DNA of 64,000 nucleotides. Origin: an uncultured Candidatus Saccharibacteria bacterium. GTDB taxonomy: Bacteria; Patescibacteriota; Minisyncoccia; Phycocordibacterales; UBA9973. This document shows, piece after piece, positions 1 through 8,570 of the stretch (the stretch's first letter is position 1; every line of letters starts with the position of its first letter). The translations under genes were made by a program, and so were the position numbers. The notes under the pieces were generated by a model. That model saw only the letters and a list, made by a program, of their open reading frames with translations. It was not told the origin of the DNA and ran no database searches. The stretch lies in assembly GCA_964563615.1 (NCBI GenBank), contig CAZLWF010000001.1, forward strand, positions 8,206 through 72,205, given 5' to 3'.

Positions 1-363
1 AAGTGCAGTAGCTAAATATTTTACCCGAAGAAAATGAAACATGCTTGTGACTAAAATTATTGAAGCAGTTGCATGTATTCGCTGATATTCTTCTACGTAT
101 TTTATTTGTCCAAATGTTTCGTATGTTTCGCGAACGATAGTCAGATTTTTTATACCAAGCATTTTACATACTTTATAATATATATCTGCTTCATGCTGGC
201 CATTTCTAGGCTTCATTGCAGTGACAATAATAACTTTTGCCTCCTGGTGGGTAACTTGTAATTTTTTAGTTTCAAGTAAAATATTGTACCAATCCTGCCA
301 ATGATCCTTTCCAATTCTCCCTGTAAACGTTTTCGGGATCGGGAAAATAACTATATTTTTCAT
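1..363 (-). CDS. DUF218/YdcF-like protein, N-terminal part (C-terminus runs off the left edge)
   Basis: Hand translation of the minus strand from the ATG at 361-363 gives MKNIVIFPIPKTF...VIIVTAMKPRNGQHEADIYYKVCKMLGI...ILVTSMFHFLRVKYL. The pattern resembles DUF218. It is missing from the ORF track because no stop falls inside the window. Confidence 0.45.
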   Translation of the reverse strand, partial: MKNIVIFPIPKTFTGRIGKDHWQDWYNILLETKKLQVTHQEAKVIIVTAMKPRNGQHEADIYYKVCKMLGIKNLTIVRETYETFGQIKYVEEYQRIHATASIILVTSMFHFLRVKYLATAL

Positions 364-433
364 GTCACTTTTTATTTACTATACCATATCTACAAAATTT
401 TTCAAGACACATCCTATAGACAAGTATCTTCCA

Positions 434-462
434 TTGACTTTTTGTAAGTTACAAGCTATATT
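434..462 (+). promoter_or_regulatory. Sigma70-like promoter for infC operon (TTGACT-17-TATATT)
   Basis: The hexamers are read directly from the sequence, about 50 nt upstream of the infC start. Confidence 0.4.
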
Positions 463-514
463 TAAGCCTAGGTATTCGTATCTATTTATTGCTATTTTTG
501 TTACCTGATATCAC

Positions 515-1027
515 TTGCGAGAGAGAATCAACAATCAAATACGAGCCAAAGAGCTACGTGTCATTGATGCCGATGGTGCTAATTTAGGCGTTTTATCCTT
601 TGAAGATGCATTCGCCAAAGCAAATGCCCTGGGTGTCGATCTTATTGAAATTGCTCCGAATTCCAATCCCCCAATTGCTAAGCTCATGGATTTCGGCAAA
701 TATCTCTACGAGCAGAACAAAAAACAAAAGAAAGCAAAAGCAGGTGCAAAACCAACAGAAACAAAAGCAATCCAAGTCAAAGTTGGCACCGGAGAACACG
801 ACTTATTGCTCAAAGCCAAGCAAGCATCTATTTGGCTTAAGGAAGGACACCGGATCAAAGTTGAACTTTTCTTATCAGGCAGATCGAAATATATGGATGA
901 GAAATTTCATCGTGAACGTCTCGATCGAATCCTGCATTTAATAACAGAAGACTACAAAATCGCTGATGCGTACAAGCGAGGACCGAAAGGCCTCATGATC
1001 ACCATCGAGCGCGATACTAAAAAATAA
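515..1027 (+). CDS. infC: Translation initiation factor IF-3
   Basis: INNQIRAKELRVIDADGANLGVL and the C-terminal domain are typical of IF-3. It has a TTG start with a stop codon two codons upstream, and sits in the infC-rpmI-rplT arrangement. Confidence 0.9.
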   Translation: MRERINNQIRAKELRVIDADGANLGVLSFEDAFAKANALGVDLIEIAPNSNPPIAKLMDFGKYLYEQNKKQKKAKAGAKPTETKAIQVKVGTGEHDLLLKAKQASIWLKEGHRIKVELFLSGRSKYMDEKFHRERLDRILHLITEDYKIADAYKRGPKGLMITIERDTKK

Positions 1028-1096
1028 TTCTATTGAATCATACCAAGATGTATGCTAGGGTAATGAAAGCTCTAGTTTACACAATCAATTAAATCC

Positions 1097-1282
1097 ATGA
1101 AAACAAATAAATCCTACACAAAAAGACTCAAGATCACGAAGACTGGCAAGCTGATGGCACGCAAGCCTGGCTTTAATCATTTCAATGCTAAACAAAGCCG
1201 CACGACGCAGCTCGCTGGCAGAAAAATGAAGGTTTTCGTTATGAAAAATAAAGTCAAAAGCCATTTGTTGCCAAATGTATAG
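1097..1282 (+). CDS. rpmI: Ribosomal protein bL35
   Basis: MKTNKSYTKRLKITKTGKLMARKPG matches L35, and the gene lies between infC and rplT. Confidence 0.9.
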   Translation: MKTNKSYTKRLKITKTGKLMARKPGFNHFNAKQSRTTQLAGRKMKVFVMKNKVKSHLLPNV

Positions 1283-1332
1283 AAACTGGCATCTCCCCTT
1301 TTCACTAATTACTATTTACTAATCACTATTTT

Positions 1333-1674
1333 ATGACCCGAGTTAAACGAGGTATTATCAAAAATAAACGCCGAAAAAATACCCTAGCGAAAACTAAAGG
1401 CTACCGATTCGGCCGTAGTACAAAAGAAGCTCAAGCGAAAGAAGCTATCGCACACGCAGGCGCCTATGCATTTGCTCACCGCAGAGACAAGAAAGGCACA
1501 CGAAGACGCGAATGGAATACCGACATCAACGCAAGCGTCCGCACACTCGGCATGTCATATAGTGTTTTCATCGACAAGCTCAAGAAAAAAAATATTGAAG
1601 TTGACCGTAAGATTTTAGCTTCACTAGCTGGCGAACATCCTGAAACCCTCAAACGACTCGTAGAAACTCTCTAA
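1333..1674 (+). CDS. rplT: Ribosomal protein bL20
   Basis: MTRVKRGIIKNKRRKNTLAKTKGYRFGRS is the L20 signature. Confidence 0.93.
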   Translation: MTRVKRGIIKNKRRKNTLAKTKGYRFGRSTKEAQAKEAIAHAGAYAFAHRRDKKGTRRREWNTDINASVRTLGMSYSVFIDKLKKKNIEVDRKILASLAGEHPETLKRLVETL

Positions 1675-1675
1675 T

Positions 1676-1704
1676 AAAAATCCCCGCTCAAGCGGGGATT
1701 TTTA
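1676..1704. terminator. Bidirectional rho-independent terminator
   Basis: aaaaATCCCCGCtcaaGCGGGGATtttt lies between the convergent rplT and LOG-like genes. Confidence 0.7.
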
Positions 1705-2358
1705 TTAGAGTAATGTTTTCAGTGCTGGTGCACCAACCTTAAATTCTGCAACTTTATCTTTAGCAACAAGGGCCATCACTTTTTCAACCAATCGTTTAGG
1801 GTCGCTATCAAAAACAATTTTTGGATTAGGTCGATGTCCTTCCTCGAGTATCATTCTAATTTCTTTGTCCATATCCCACGGCCCATCTAAGACTCCAATC
1901 GGCTTGCCATCTTCAAATGCAATAGTAAATTCGTGGATTGTACCTATTCGTCCACAGCCTATGAACATAGCATCAGTACTCCTCGTAAATAAGAGGTCTC
2001 GCCCAGGGAAACCGAACCCAGTGTAAATAATGAGATCAGTGTAATCTAGAGGCAAGCGAAAAGTTTCAACATGCTCTCTCTCATTTGCAGCTGGCGAAAG
2101 TCCAATAACAAGTCCATGCTCTTCTTTGGCTCCTATTGATGACCAGAATGGAAATCCTGTGGTAGCTCCAGTGACCAAGACTCCTCCTTGGCGGATAATT
2201 TCACGCCCAAGCTCCTTTGCAATATCAAGTGCTCCAAGTCCGCAATGTCCTGTTTCTGCTGCACCCGAAACGCCAAGTTTTACTTTTAAATGGTTGTGTT
2301 TTTCACCATTACCTATCGGCCCGTTGTAACAAATATATTTTTGATCATCCATATACAC
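1705..2358 (-). CDS. LOG/TIGR00725-like (SLOG superfamily) Rossmann-fold protein
   Basis: LGREIIRQGGVLVTGATTGFPFWSSIGAKEEHGLVIGLSP follows the pattern of LOG/TIGR00725 proteins. Confidence 0.55.
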   Translation of the reverse strand: MYMDDQKYICYNGPIGNGEKHNHLKVKLGVSGAAETGHCGLGALDIAKELGREIIRQGGVLVTGATTGFPFWSSIGAKEEHGLVIGLSPAANEREHVETFRLPLDYTDLIIYTGFGFPGRDLLFTRSTDAMFIGCGRIGTIHEFTIAFEDGKPIGVLDGPWDMDKEIRMILEEGHRPNPKIVFDSDPKRLVEKVMALVAKDKVAEFKVGAPALKTLL

Positions 2359-2362
2359 TAGT

Positions 2363-3730
2363 TTACCATGAGATCGTGATTGTTTCTCCTCCTTCGGGTG
2401 CTACCGCATCAATGCCGAGCATGTCGCGAAGCTTTTGAACTAAAAAGAAAGAAGATTTTGGCTCGCCCATGACGACGAATACTTTTTGTACTCGTTCACT
2501 CATAGCTTCGACAAAACCTACCAGATGATCAGAATCTTTATGCCCAGAGTAGCCACTAATTTTCACTATGTGCGCTCGAACAGGAACATCTTCACCAAAA
2601 ATTCTCACGGTTTTAGCACCGTCTTCGATTTGCCTCCCCATCGTGCCTGCAGATTGATAACCAGTTAAAAGAAGTGTGTTATTTTCATTTGGCAAATAAT
2701 TTTTCTCATGATGAATAATCCTGCCACCATTCGACATACCAGAGCCTGCAATAATGATCTTTGGGTTTGGAGTCTCGAGGATATGTTTTGATTCCTTGGT
2801 TTCAAGCGTAGACATAAGGCCCGGAAAAATAAATATATCATCACCATGCGTAATATGTTCCCTAGCAGTATCATTGTATAAGTGCTCGTAGTTGCGATAA
2901 ATCTTTGTAAGTTTGATTGCAAGTGGTGAATCAAGAAATATCGGCATCTGCGGAATCCGTTTGTTTTCTACGAGTGTATTAATCTCGAACAAAAGCTCTT
3001 GAGTTCGCTCCAAGGAAAATGTTGGGATAATCAGCGTGCCTTTACGCTTATAGTTATCCTCTATAACTTCTTCGAGCTTCTTGCGGCGTTCGTCGCGGGA
3101 CTCATGATTGCGATCACCATAGACAGATTCCATAATAAGATAATCTGCATCATCGACGAGTTCAGTATTTTTTAGTATTGGCGATGGCGAATTGCCTAGA
3201 TCCCCAGTAAAGACAAAGTGCTTGCCACCATAGATAATACTGAGCATACCAGAGCCTAAGATGTGACCTGCATCGCGATAATATATTTCAAAATCTGGAC
3301 CAATGTCTATCTTTTCATGATATTCAAACCCATTCCATAGAGCTAAAATCTTTGGGACAATCGGTGCGGCATATATTTTCTCCAAGTCACCTTCACCTTG
3401 ATGACCCAATATAGCAATCGTGTCCTCAAGCATAGGAACAACGAGATCTTGTGTTGCTCGAGTCGAGAAAATTTTACCTTTGAAGCCGTCATAGACTAAC
3501 TTGGGAATTTTACCAATATGATCAACATGAGCATGAGTAATAAAGAGGTAATCAATGCTTGCCGGATCATACGCGAAGTCTTGCCAGTTGCTATCATCAG
3601 CAGCCTTTGTTGATTGAATAAGTCCGCAATCAATTAAAATTTTCTTGCCACCAATCTCAAAAAGAAAATTGGCACCGGTTACTGTACCTGCGCCAGCACA
3701 AAATGTAATACGTGCAGAATTTTTTTCCAT
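2363..3730 (-). CDS. MBL-fold beta-CASP family RNA-metabolising hydrolase
   Basis: It has the HAHVDHIG metallo-beta-lactamase motif. Its 455-aa length and a C-terminal GYSGHKD motif are typical of beta-CASP RNases. Confidence 0.75.
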   Translation of the reverse strand: MEKNSARITFCAGAGTVTGANFLFEIGGKKILIDCGLIQSTKAADDSNWQDFAYDPASIDYLFITHAHVDHIGKIPKLVYDGFKGKIFSTRATQDLVVPMLEDTIAILGHQGEGDLEKIYAAPIVPKILALWNGFEYHEKIDIGPDFEIYYRDAGHILGSGMLSIIYGGKHFVFTGDLGNSPSPILKNTELVDDADYLIMESVYGDRNHESRDERRKKLEEVIEDNYKRKGTLIIPTFSLERTQELLFEINTLVENKRIPQMPIFLDSPLAIKLTKIYRNYEHLYNDTAREHITHGDDIFIFPGLMSTLETKESKHILETPNPKIIIAGSGMSNGGRIIHHEKNYLPNENNTLLLTGYQSAGTMGRQIEDGAKTVRIFGEDVPVRAHIVKISGYSGHKDSDHLVGFVEAMSERVQKVFVVMGEPKSSFFLVQKLRDMLGIDAVAPEGGETITISW

Positions 3731-3786
3731 AAAATTAGTATACCCCAGCCTTGTATGTATCTCAAATGCCTATGAGACTTTCGTTT

Positions 3787-4233
3787 TTACTGTATTGATT
3801 GCGTTGGAGTGACATTTTCTTTAAAGCTCGCACTCGCGGATTTAAGGTACAGCAATCCCACCAATCCTCCCGCAAGATCAAAACAGATGTCACTCAAGGA
3901 ATCTATAGTGTTACCCAACATCGCACCAGTACTATGGCTCACGACAAATTCAAAAAGTTCCCACAATATGCCTACAATAAAAACAAACAACATAAGACGC
4001 ATAGTAGGAATACTTCTAGTCTCTGAAATAGCCAAATGCTTTCGTTCTAAAATAAAAATTAACAACCAATATCCAAATAAAGCGAGCCATACTCCCCCTA
4101 AGAAATGCATTGGCATATCAAACCACCACATGCTTATATACCAGTAGAAAACACTCGCAATAAGGTTTGTTAGGAAAATAAAGGCTATAAATCCAAGTAA
4201 TATAAAGCCGAGTTCTCGTCGCATAAGTCTCAT
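3787..4233 (-). CDS. Small polytopic membrane protein (VanZ-like features)
   Basis: There are four hydrophobic segments. The FDMPMHFLGG and SDICFDLAGGLVG motifs are reminiscent of the VanZ family. Confidence 0.45.
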   Translation of the reverse strand: MRLMRRELGFILLGFIAFIFLTNLIASVFYWYISMWWFDMPMHFLGGVWLALFGYWLLIFILERKHLAISETRSIPTMRLMLFVFIVGILWELFEFVVSHSTGAMLGNTIDSLSDICFDLAGGLVGLLYLKSASASFKENVTPTQSIQ

Positions 4234-4261
4234 GGCATTAGTCTACACTATTGTATTGGAA

Positions 4262-4444
4262 TAAAAAAATCCCTGCGATGCAGAGGTCTTTTTTAGGATT
4301 ATTCTTTAGTGATTACCATAGCCATAGTAGCTACGTGGGTGTTCGAAAGTAAATATTTCAGTCATCCGAAGATAACATCCATACCTACAAATCAGAAATT
4401 CCCATAAAAAAATTGTTCTAAGTAATACACTAAAAAATAATCCT
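4262..4444 (-). ncRNA. Candidate structured sRNA (~180 nt, rod-like, 6S-like architecture), including its terminator
   Basis: The predicted +1 base starts AGGAUUAUU, which pairs with AAUAAUCCU at 4303-4295. The stem extends to at least 22 bp. A UUCG hairpin lies at 4361-4376, and a short hairpin plus U7 lies at 4262-4290. Confidence 0.45.
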
Positions 4445-4450
4445 ACTTGG

Positions 4451-4479
4451 AGTATAGACTTTTGCTCATACCTTGGCAA
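4451..4479 (-). promoter_or_regulatory. Sigma70-like promoter TTGCCA-17-TATACT for the candidate sRNA
   Basis: The reverse complement of tggcaa (4474-4479) and agtata (4451-4456) gives the two hexamers, with a 17-nt spacer. Confidence 0.45.
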
Positions 4480-4509
4480 TCTAGACTTTCATAATAATTG
4501 TTTCCAAAC

Positions 4510-4537
4510 AAAAATTGCCCCACATGGGGCAATTTTT
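4510..4537. terminator. Rho-independent terminator downstream of ndk
   Basis: The sequence is aaaaATTGCCCCacatGGGGCAATtttt. Confidence 0.7.
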
Positions 4538-4550
4538 CAACTTATTTGTG

Positions 4551-5072
4551 TTAAGATTTCTTTTTTGTCTGAGTATGCTGCTCGTGCGAGACCTGATAAT
4601 CAAAAAGTTCAGCCTCACTGAACCAGTGAGCAATTTCTTGTTTTGCTTCTTCCAAATCGCCAGATGCATGGATAATATTTGGTATGCCGATCTCATTTAA
4701 GTCCGCATGTGCAAAATTCATATGCGAGTAATCTCCACGGATTGTACCAGGAAGTGCAGCCTTTGGCTCAGTTGCCCCTGCCAATTTGCGGACAAGCCCA
4801 ACCGCTTCGATGCCTTGGAAGACAAAGGCGATGACTGGACTTGCTTTCATCATGTCGACTGTTACATCAAATGCTTTCTGTCCACGACGAGAAATCATCT
4901 TCCCTATAGTTTCATAGTGATGAAAGTAGTGATCTGTGGCTGGATTGATCATTTTGACACCAACGATTTTGAGTCCAACTTTTTCAAATCTAGAAAGTAT
5001 TTCTCCGACAATACCGCGTCCGATAGCATCAGGTTTCATGATAACGAGTGTTCTTTCTTGTGTTGATTGCAT
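4551..5072 (-). CDS. ndk: Nucleoside diphosphate kinase
   Basis: ERTLVIMKPDAIGRGIVGEILSRFEK and NIIHASGD match NDK. There is a short C-terminal tail. Confidence 0.9.
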   Translation of the reverse strand: MQSTQERTLVIMKPDAIGRGIVGEILSRFEKVGLKIVGVKMINPATDHYFHHYETIGKMISRRGQKAFDVTVDMMKASPVIAFVFQGIEAVGLVRKLAGATEPKAALPGTIRGDYSHMNFAHADLNEIGIPNIIHASGDLEEAKQEIAHWFSEAELFDYQVSHEQHTQTKKKS

Positions 5073-5100
5073 TATATTTATTTTTTACTAATAAAAGTGC

Positions 5101-5130
5101 CCTCATCATACATGAAAATGCATGATGAGG
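5101..5130. terminator. Hairpin between Nudix gene and ndk
   Basis: The 9-bp stem CCTCATCAT/ATGATGAGG is followed on the minus strand by a T-rich run. Confidence 0.5.
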
Positions 5131-5145
5131 CAATATAATTTTATA

Positions 5146-5631
5146 TTATGCTCGTTCCCATTCTTTCTGTATTCCCTTCCTCTTCGCATCTGCCATCACG
5201 AGCTCGTCATAGATACCATCAACCAGGTTATACTCTTTGGCCTCTTCAAGGCTCACCCATGCAAAATCTTGCGTCTCGCCTTCTTGAAGGATGACATCAC
5301 CACTCACATATTCGGCCATAGCGGAAATCACGAGCGATGGAGCACCATCAACATGCACAGTTCCTAAAGACGTCACATATTCGACATCTCCTATTGCAAT
5401 ACCTACTTCTTCTTTGACTTCTCGGCGAAGAGTTTGCTCGAGCACATTGTACCAATAGTGTTCTGTGTCTTTCGGAAATTTAAGAAAATCACTTGGCTCC
5501 AAATGCCCGCCTGGCACCGTCCACATTTCCGAGAAGCGCTTCTTTTCTTTAGAACGCTGAGTAATCAAATATTTGCCATCTTTGACAACGATAGCAGTAA
5601 TGACAACTTCAAATGCTGTATAGTTTGACAT
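5146..5631 (-). CDS. NUDIX hydrolase
   Basis: A Nudix box-like GGHLEPSD...LRREVKEEVGI is present. I prefer the ATG at 5631 (MSNYTAF...) over the TTG start at 5652 given in the track. Confidence 0.8.
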   Translation of the reverse strand: MSNYTAFEVVITAIVVKDGKYLITQRSKEKKRFSEMWTVPGGHLEPSDFLKFPKDTEHYWYNVLEQTLRREVKEEVGIAIGDVEYVTSLGTVHVDGAPSLVISAMAEYVSGDVILQEGETQDFAWVSLEEAKEYNLVDGIYDELVMADAKRKGIQKEWERA

Positions 5632-5654
5632 GAAGAAAGTATACCAGAACAAAT

Positions 5655-5738
5655 AAAGAAATCAGAAAGATTTTTTGTAGTGAGGACTTGTTTGAGCGAA
5701 GCGAGTCCCGCAACAAGAAAAATTTTTCTGATTTCTTT
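5655..5738. repeat. Long inverted repeat forming an 84-nt hairpin with 21-bp outer stem
   Basis: aaagaaatcagaaaGattttt (5655-5675) is complementary to aaaaaTttttctgatttcttt (5718-5738) with one G.T position. An inner CTTGTT/AACAAG stem is also present. Confidence 0.55.
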
Positions 5739-5742
5739 ATAC

Positions 5743-8466
5743 TTACCTGGACTGATCAAACTTCGCAAATACCGCTGCTTCTACTTCTTCCCTATCGCTG
5801 CCATATTTCAAATATGAAAGTTCTTTAAGTTTATCAACCATAGAGAAATCCGCTTTAGGAAAATCAGCCGTAACGATGTTGAATGGCTTAAGTGATGGTG
5901 CACCATTGATAATCATACTCATGTACGCATTACGGTTATCGAGTTTAGTGATGTCCTGAGCAGTAAATGTCGGTGCAAACTTGGACTCGAGAAATCCTGC
6001 ATCCTCAGGAGAGACTCTAAACACTGCCATCGAGCCAACGTTACCGAAAACTGCACCTTTGATATCTTCTGGGAGCTGTGCGATATATTGGTGTGCCATG
6101 TTAAGTGATAGACGATATTTACGCGCCTCAGAGAGAATGGAAGCGATTGCAGGCGTTGTCACGTTTTGAAACTCATCGATGTAGAGGTAGAAATCAGCTA
6201 ACGTTTTACCGTATGAATCCACCCGAGATAGTGCTGCCATTTGAAGCTTCATAACGATGAGCATGCCGATAAGGTTTGCATTAAGTTCTCCGAGTCGGCC
6301 TTTGGAAAGATTAACCAGAAGGATTTTCTTATTATCCATAATATCCCGGAAATTAAGCACAGATTTCTCTTGGAGAACAACTGGGCGCATGAATTCGTTC
6401 GATATAAAGACATCGAATTTTGACGTCACATATGGTACAAAGTTCGCAAGTCCTTGATCACCAGTCGTTGCTTCAGCGCCAGCCCAGAATTGCTTGACGA
6501 TTGGATTCTTGCAATGCGAGAGCTTCATATCACGAAATGATTTGTCTGCCAAGACACGAGTAATTTCAAGAAGAGTACTACCACTTTCTAGGTGGTCCAT
6601 AACGAGGTAGGCACTATTTTTGAAATATTGTTCGAACATCGGCCCACCGCCTGTCTTCATATCGAAAAGCTGATTGAATATGAGCATGAGGGTGTCGATC
6701 ACCATTGTCTTTTGTTCAGGGAAACGAGGATCATACTCGAGCATGTTAAGCGCCATTGGGCGCGGAATGTATGCTGGATCAAAGTAGATCACATCGTCAA
6801 TACGCTCTTTAGGAACATACGAGAGAATATCTTGCACGTCATTGCCGTGAGGATCTATGAAACAACAACCTTCACCATTTCGTATATCTTGAGCAATCAT
6901 AGATTTTAAGATACCAGTCTTACCAGTACCGGTCTGACCGATAACATAGAAATGCCGCATGCGATCTTCTCGCTTCATGTGTACTTCGGTCTTCATGCCT
7001 CGATACTCGTTATAGCCCAATAGTATGCCATCCGTACTCATGTCGACTGGTGCAGGCGCAATACCAGCCTTGGCTTCTTTTAACTGCGGATTGCCGACAC
7101 CCATTGGGAAATGAAAAACAGTTGATAACTCAGTAAAGTTAAGCGGCATCATAATACTCTCTTCATACAATCGATATGAATACGCATGGAAAAGTTCTGC
7201 CAACTTTCTATCATTTATTTTATTAAATATAAATTTGTTACTATTCGGCTCTGCAAATTGGTTGAATGCCGATTCAAGCTCAGATAAAATATTATTTGCC
7301 CTTTCTTTGGTTTCTGCAGAGGCAATAATACGAATACCGCTTGCCACAATCGTACTTTTGATTTTCTCTCCAACTTTCGTAACTGCATTATCATCGATTT
7401 TCTTTTCTTTCTCTTTTTTAGTTCCACCAAAAATCAAATCTTTAGAAGCATTGAGGAATGCTGCGCCAATATTGTTCTTATCGATAGATTCCTTAATCGT
7501 CATACCATCTTTTAGATCAGCAAGCATGGTCGTAAAGCGTTTGATAAATTTATCGCCAGCAGGTGCAATGATAAACTGTATCGCCGCTCCCTCGCCAACA
7601 CGCTTCATTTTCGTAAAGACATTCAAGATCGAATTCATCGGATCATGATCGAGCGTGTCGTGCATTTTTATTGGTAATGCTTCACTCTCCGCAAGCGAGG
7701 CAAATGCCCCCGCAGCACTACCGTTTGCATTGAAAATATTGTAATCATCAGTAATTTCTCGGATCTTGGCATCGGTATAGAAAGCAAATACTTGCTTCTC
7801 GAAAAGCGGACCTTTGCCAGCAGGTATGGCAGCATAGATAATCACCTCATCACTTGCGCTTGAGAGTGCGATTTCTATCGTGTAATACTCTTTGGTTTTA
7901 TTGGTTGTGTCGCTTGCGACAGATTGCATGCCTGCATAGAACTGCTCCATTGCACCGAGAAGTTCCTTGAAGCCACGTTCTTTGCCGGCAGCTACAGGGG
8001 GTAACGTAATCTCAAATAATGACATATTAAGTCCCTTGAAAATCGGCGTACCTTCTTTGAGTCCTGGGACAGCATGCGTTGTGATTAGATATTGTGCCAA
8101 AAAACGATGAAAGTCATCATCAATATGAGGATTATGAAATCCATTTGCCATCTCAAGTGCTACCTTTACGCCGCGCGATAAAAGTACCCCTAAAAGCTCT
8201 TCCATTTTTGTATCATGAGGTTCAGGTGCAAGCGGGAGCGCAAAACCTTCGACTTCTTTTTTTGTTACTTGAGTGGAAATAGGTAATACTTGCTCTTGCG
8301 GAATTTCTTTGTAAGAAGCGATCGCTTCTTTGGCAATACTTTCTGTGGAAGCTGGAGTTCCTTGCTCTTTTAGTTCCTGTTCACGCCTCGCAACGTGTTC
8401 TCGCAAGTAAGTTAGCTCCTCTTCAGGAGTTTGGAATTTAGGAAGTTCATTAAATGTCGGCTGCAT
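5743..8466 (-). CDS. TraD/VirD4/HerA-like P-loop ATPase with a long uncharacterised N-terminal region
   Basis: It has Walker A GQTGTGKTG and Walker B YLYIDEFQN. ARKYRLSLNMAHQ is typical of coupling-protein and DUF87-type ATPases. About 500 aa of the N-terminus is unassigned. Confidence 0.65.
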   Translation of the reverse strand: MQPTFNELPKFQTPEEELTYLREHVARREQELKEQGTPASTESIAKEAIASYKEIPQEQVLPISTQVTKKEVEGFALPLAPEPHDTKMEELLGVLLSRGVKVALEMANGFHNPHIDDDFHRFLAQYLITTHAVPGLKEGTPIFKGLNMSLFEITLPPVAAGKERGFKELLGAMEQFYAGMQSVASDTTNKTKEYYTIEIALSSASDEVIIYAAIPAGKGPLFEKQVFAFYTDAKIREITDDYNIFNANGSAAGAFASLAESEALPIKMHDTLDHDPMNSILNVFTKMKRVGEGAAIQFIIAPAGDKFIKRFTTMLADLKDGMTIKESIDKNNIGAAFLNASKDLIFGGTKKEKEKKIDDNAVTKVGEKIKSTIVASGIRIIASAETKERANNILSELESAFNQFAEPNSNKFIFNKINDRKLAELFHAYSYRLYEESIMMPLNFTELSTVFHFPMGVGNPQLKEAKAGIAPAPVDMSTDGILLGYNEYRGMKTEVHMKREDRMRHFYVIGQTGTGKTGILKSMIAQDIRNGEGCCFIDPHGNDVQDILSYVPKERIDDVIYFDPAYIPRPMALNMLEYDPRFPEQKTMVIDTLMLIFNQLFDMKTGGGPMFEQYFKNSAYLVMDHLESGSTLLEITRVLADKSFRDMKLSHCKNPIVKQFWAGAEATTGDQGLANFVPYVTSKFDVFISNEFMRPVVLQEKSVLNFRDIMDNKKILLVNLSKGRLGELNANLIGMLIVMKLQMAALSRVDSYGKTLADFYLYIDEFQNVTTPAIASILSEARKYRLSLNMAHQYIAQLPEDIKGAVFGNVGSMAVFRVSPEDAGFLESKFAPTFTAQDITKLDNRNAYMSMIINGAPSLKPFNIVTADFPKADFSMVDKLKELSYLKYGSDREEVEAAVFAKFDQSR

Positions 8467-8525
8467 TGTTTGTATTATACGAATACTTTCAAAAATAACC
8501 TATACAAACTCGCATTGTATAAGTA

Positions 8526-8554
8526 TTGACAAAAGAGTATAAATAGTATATAAT
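8526..8554 (+). promoter_or_regulatory. Perfect consensus sigma70 promoter TTGACA-17-TATAAT
   Basis: TTGACA is at 8526-8531 and TATAAT at 8549-8554. Confidence 0.6.
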
Positions 8555-8570
8555 TTAAAAAAATCAAAAC

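Noticed and set aside
73-261. A plus-strand 62-aa ORF lies at the left edge.
   Set aside because: It lies antisense to a better-supported partial DUF218-like gene (1-363, minus strand) that is missing from the track only because it has no in-window stop.
4306-4365. I considered the 19-codon ORF (MTEIFTFEHPRSYYGYGNH) inside the candidate sRNA as a possible RiPP precursor or micropeptide.
   Set aside because: No modifying enzyme or transporter lies nearby. The ORF sits inside a region whose ends form a stem of at least 22 bp, so an RNA-level function explains the locus better. It remains an alternative in the refutation criteria.
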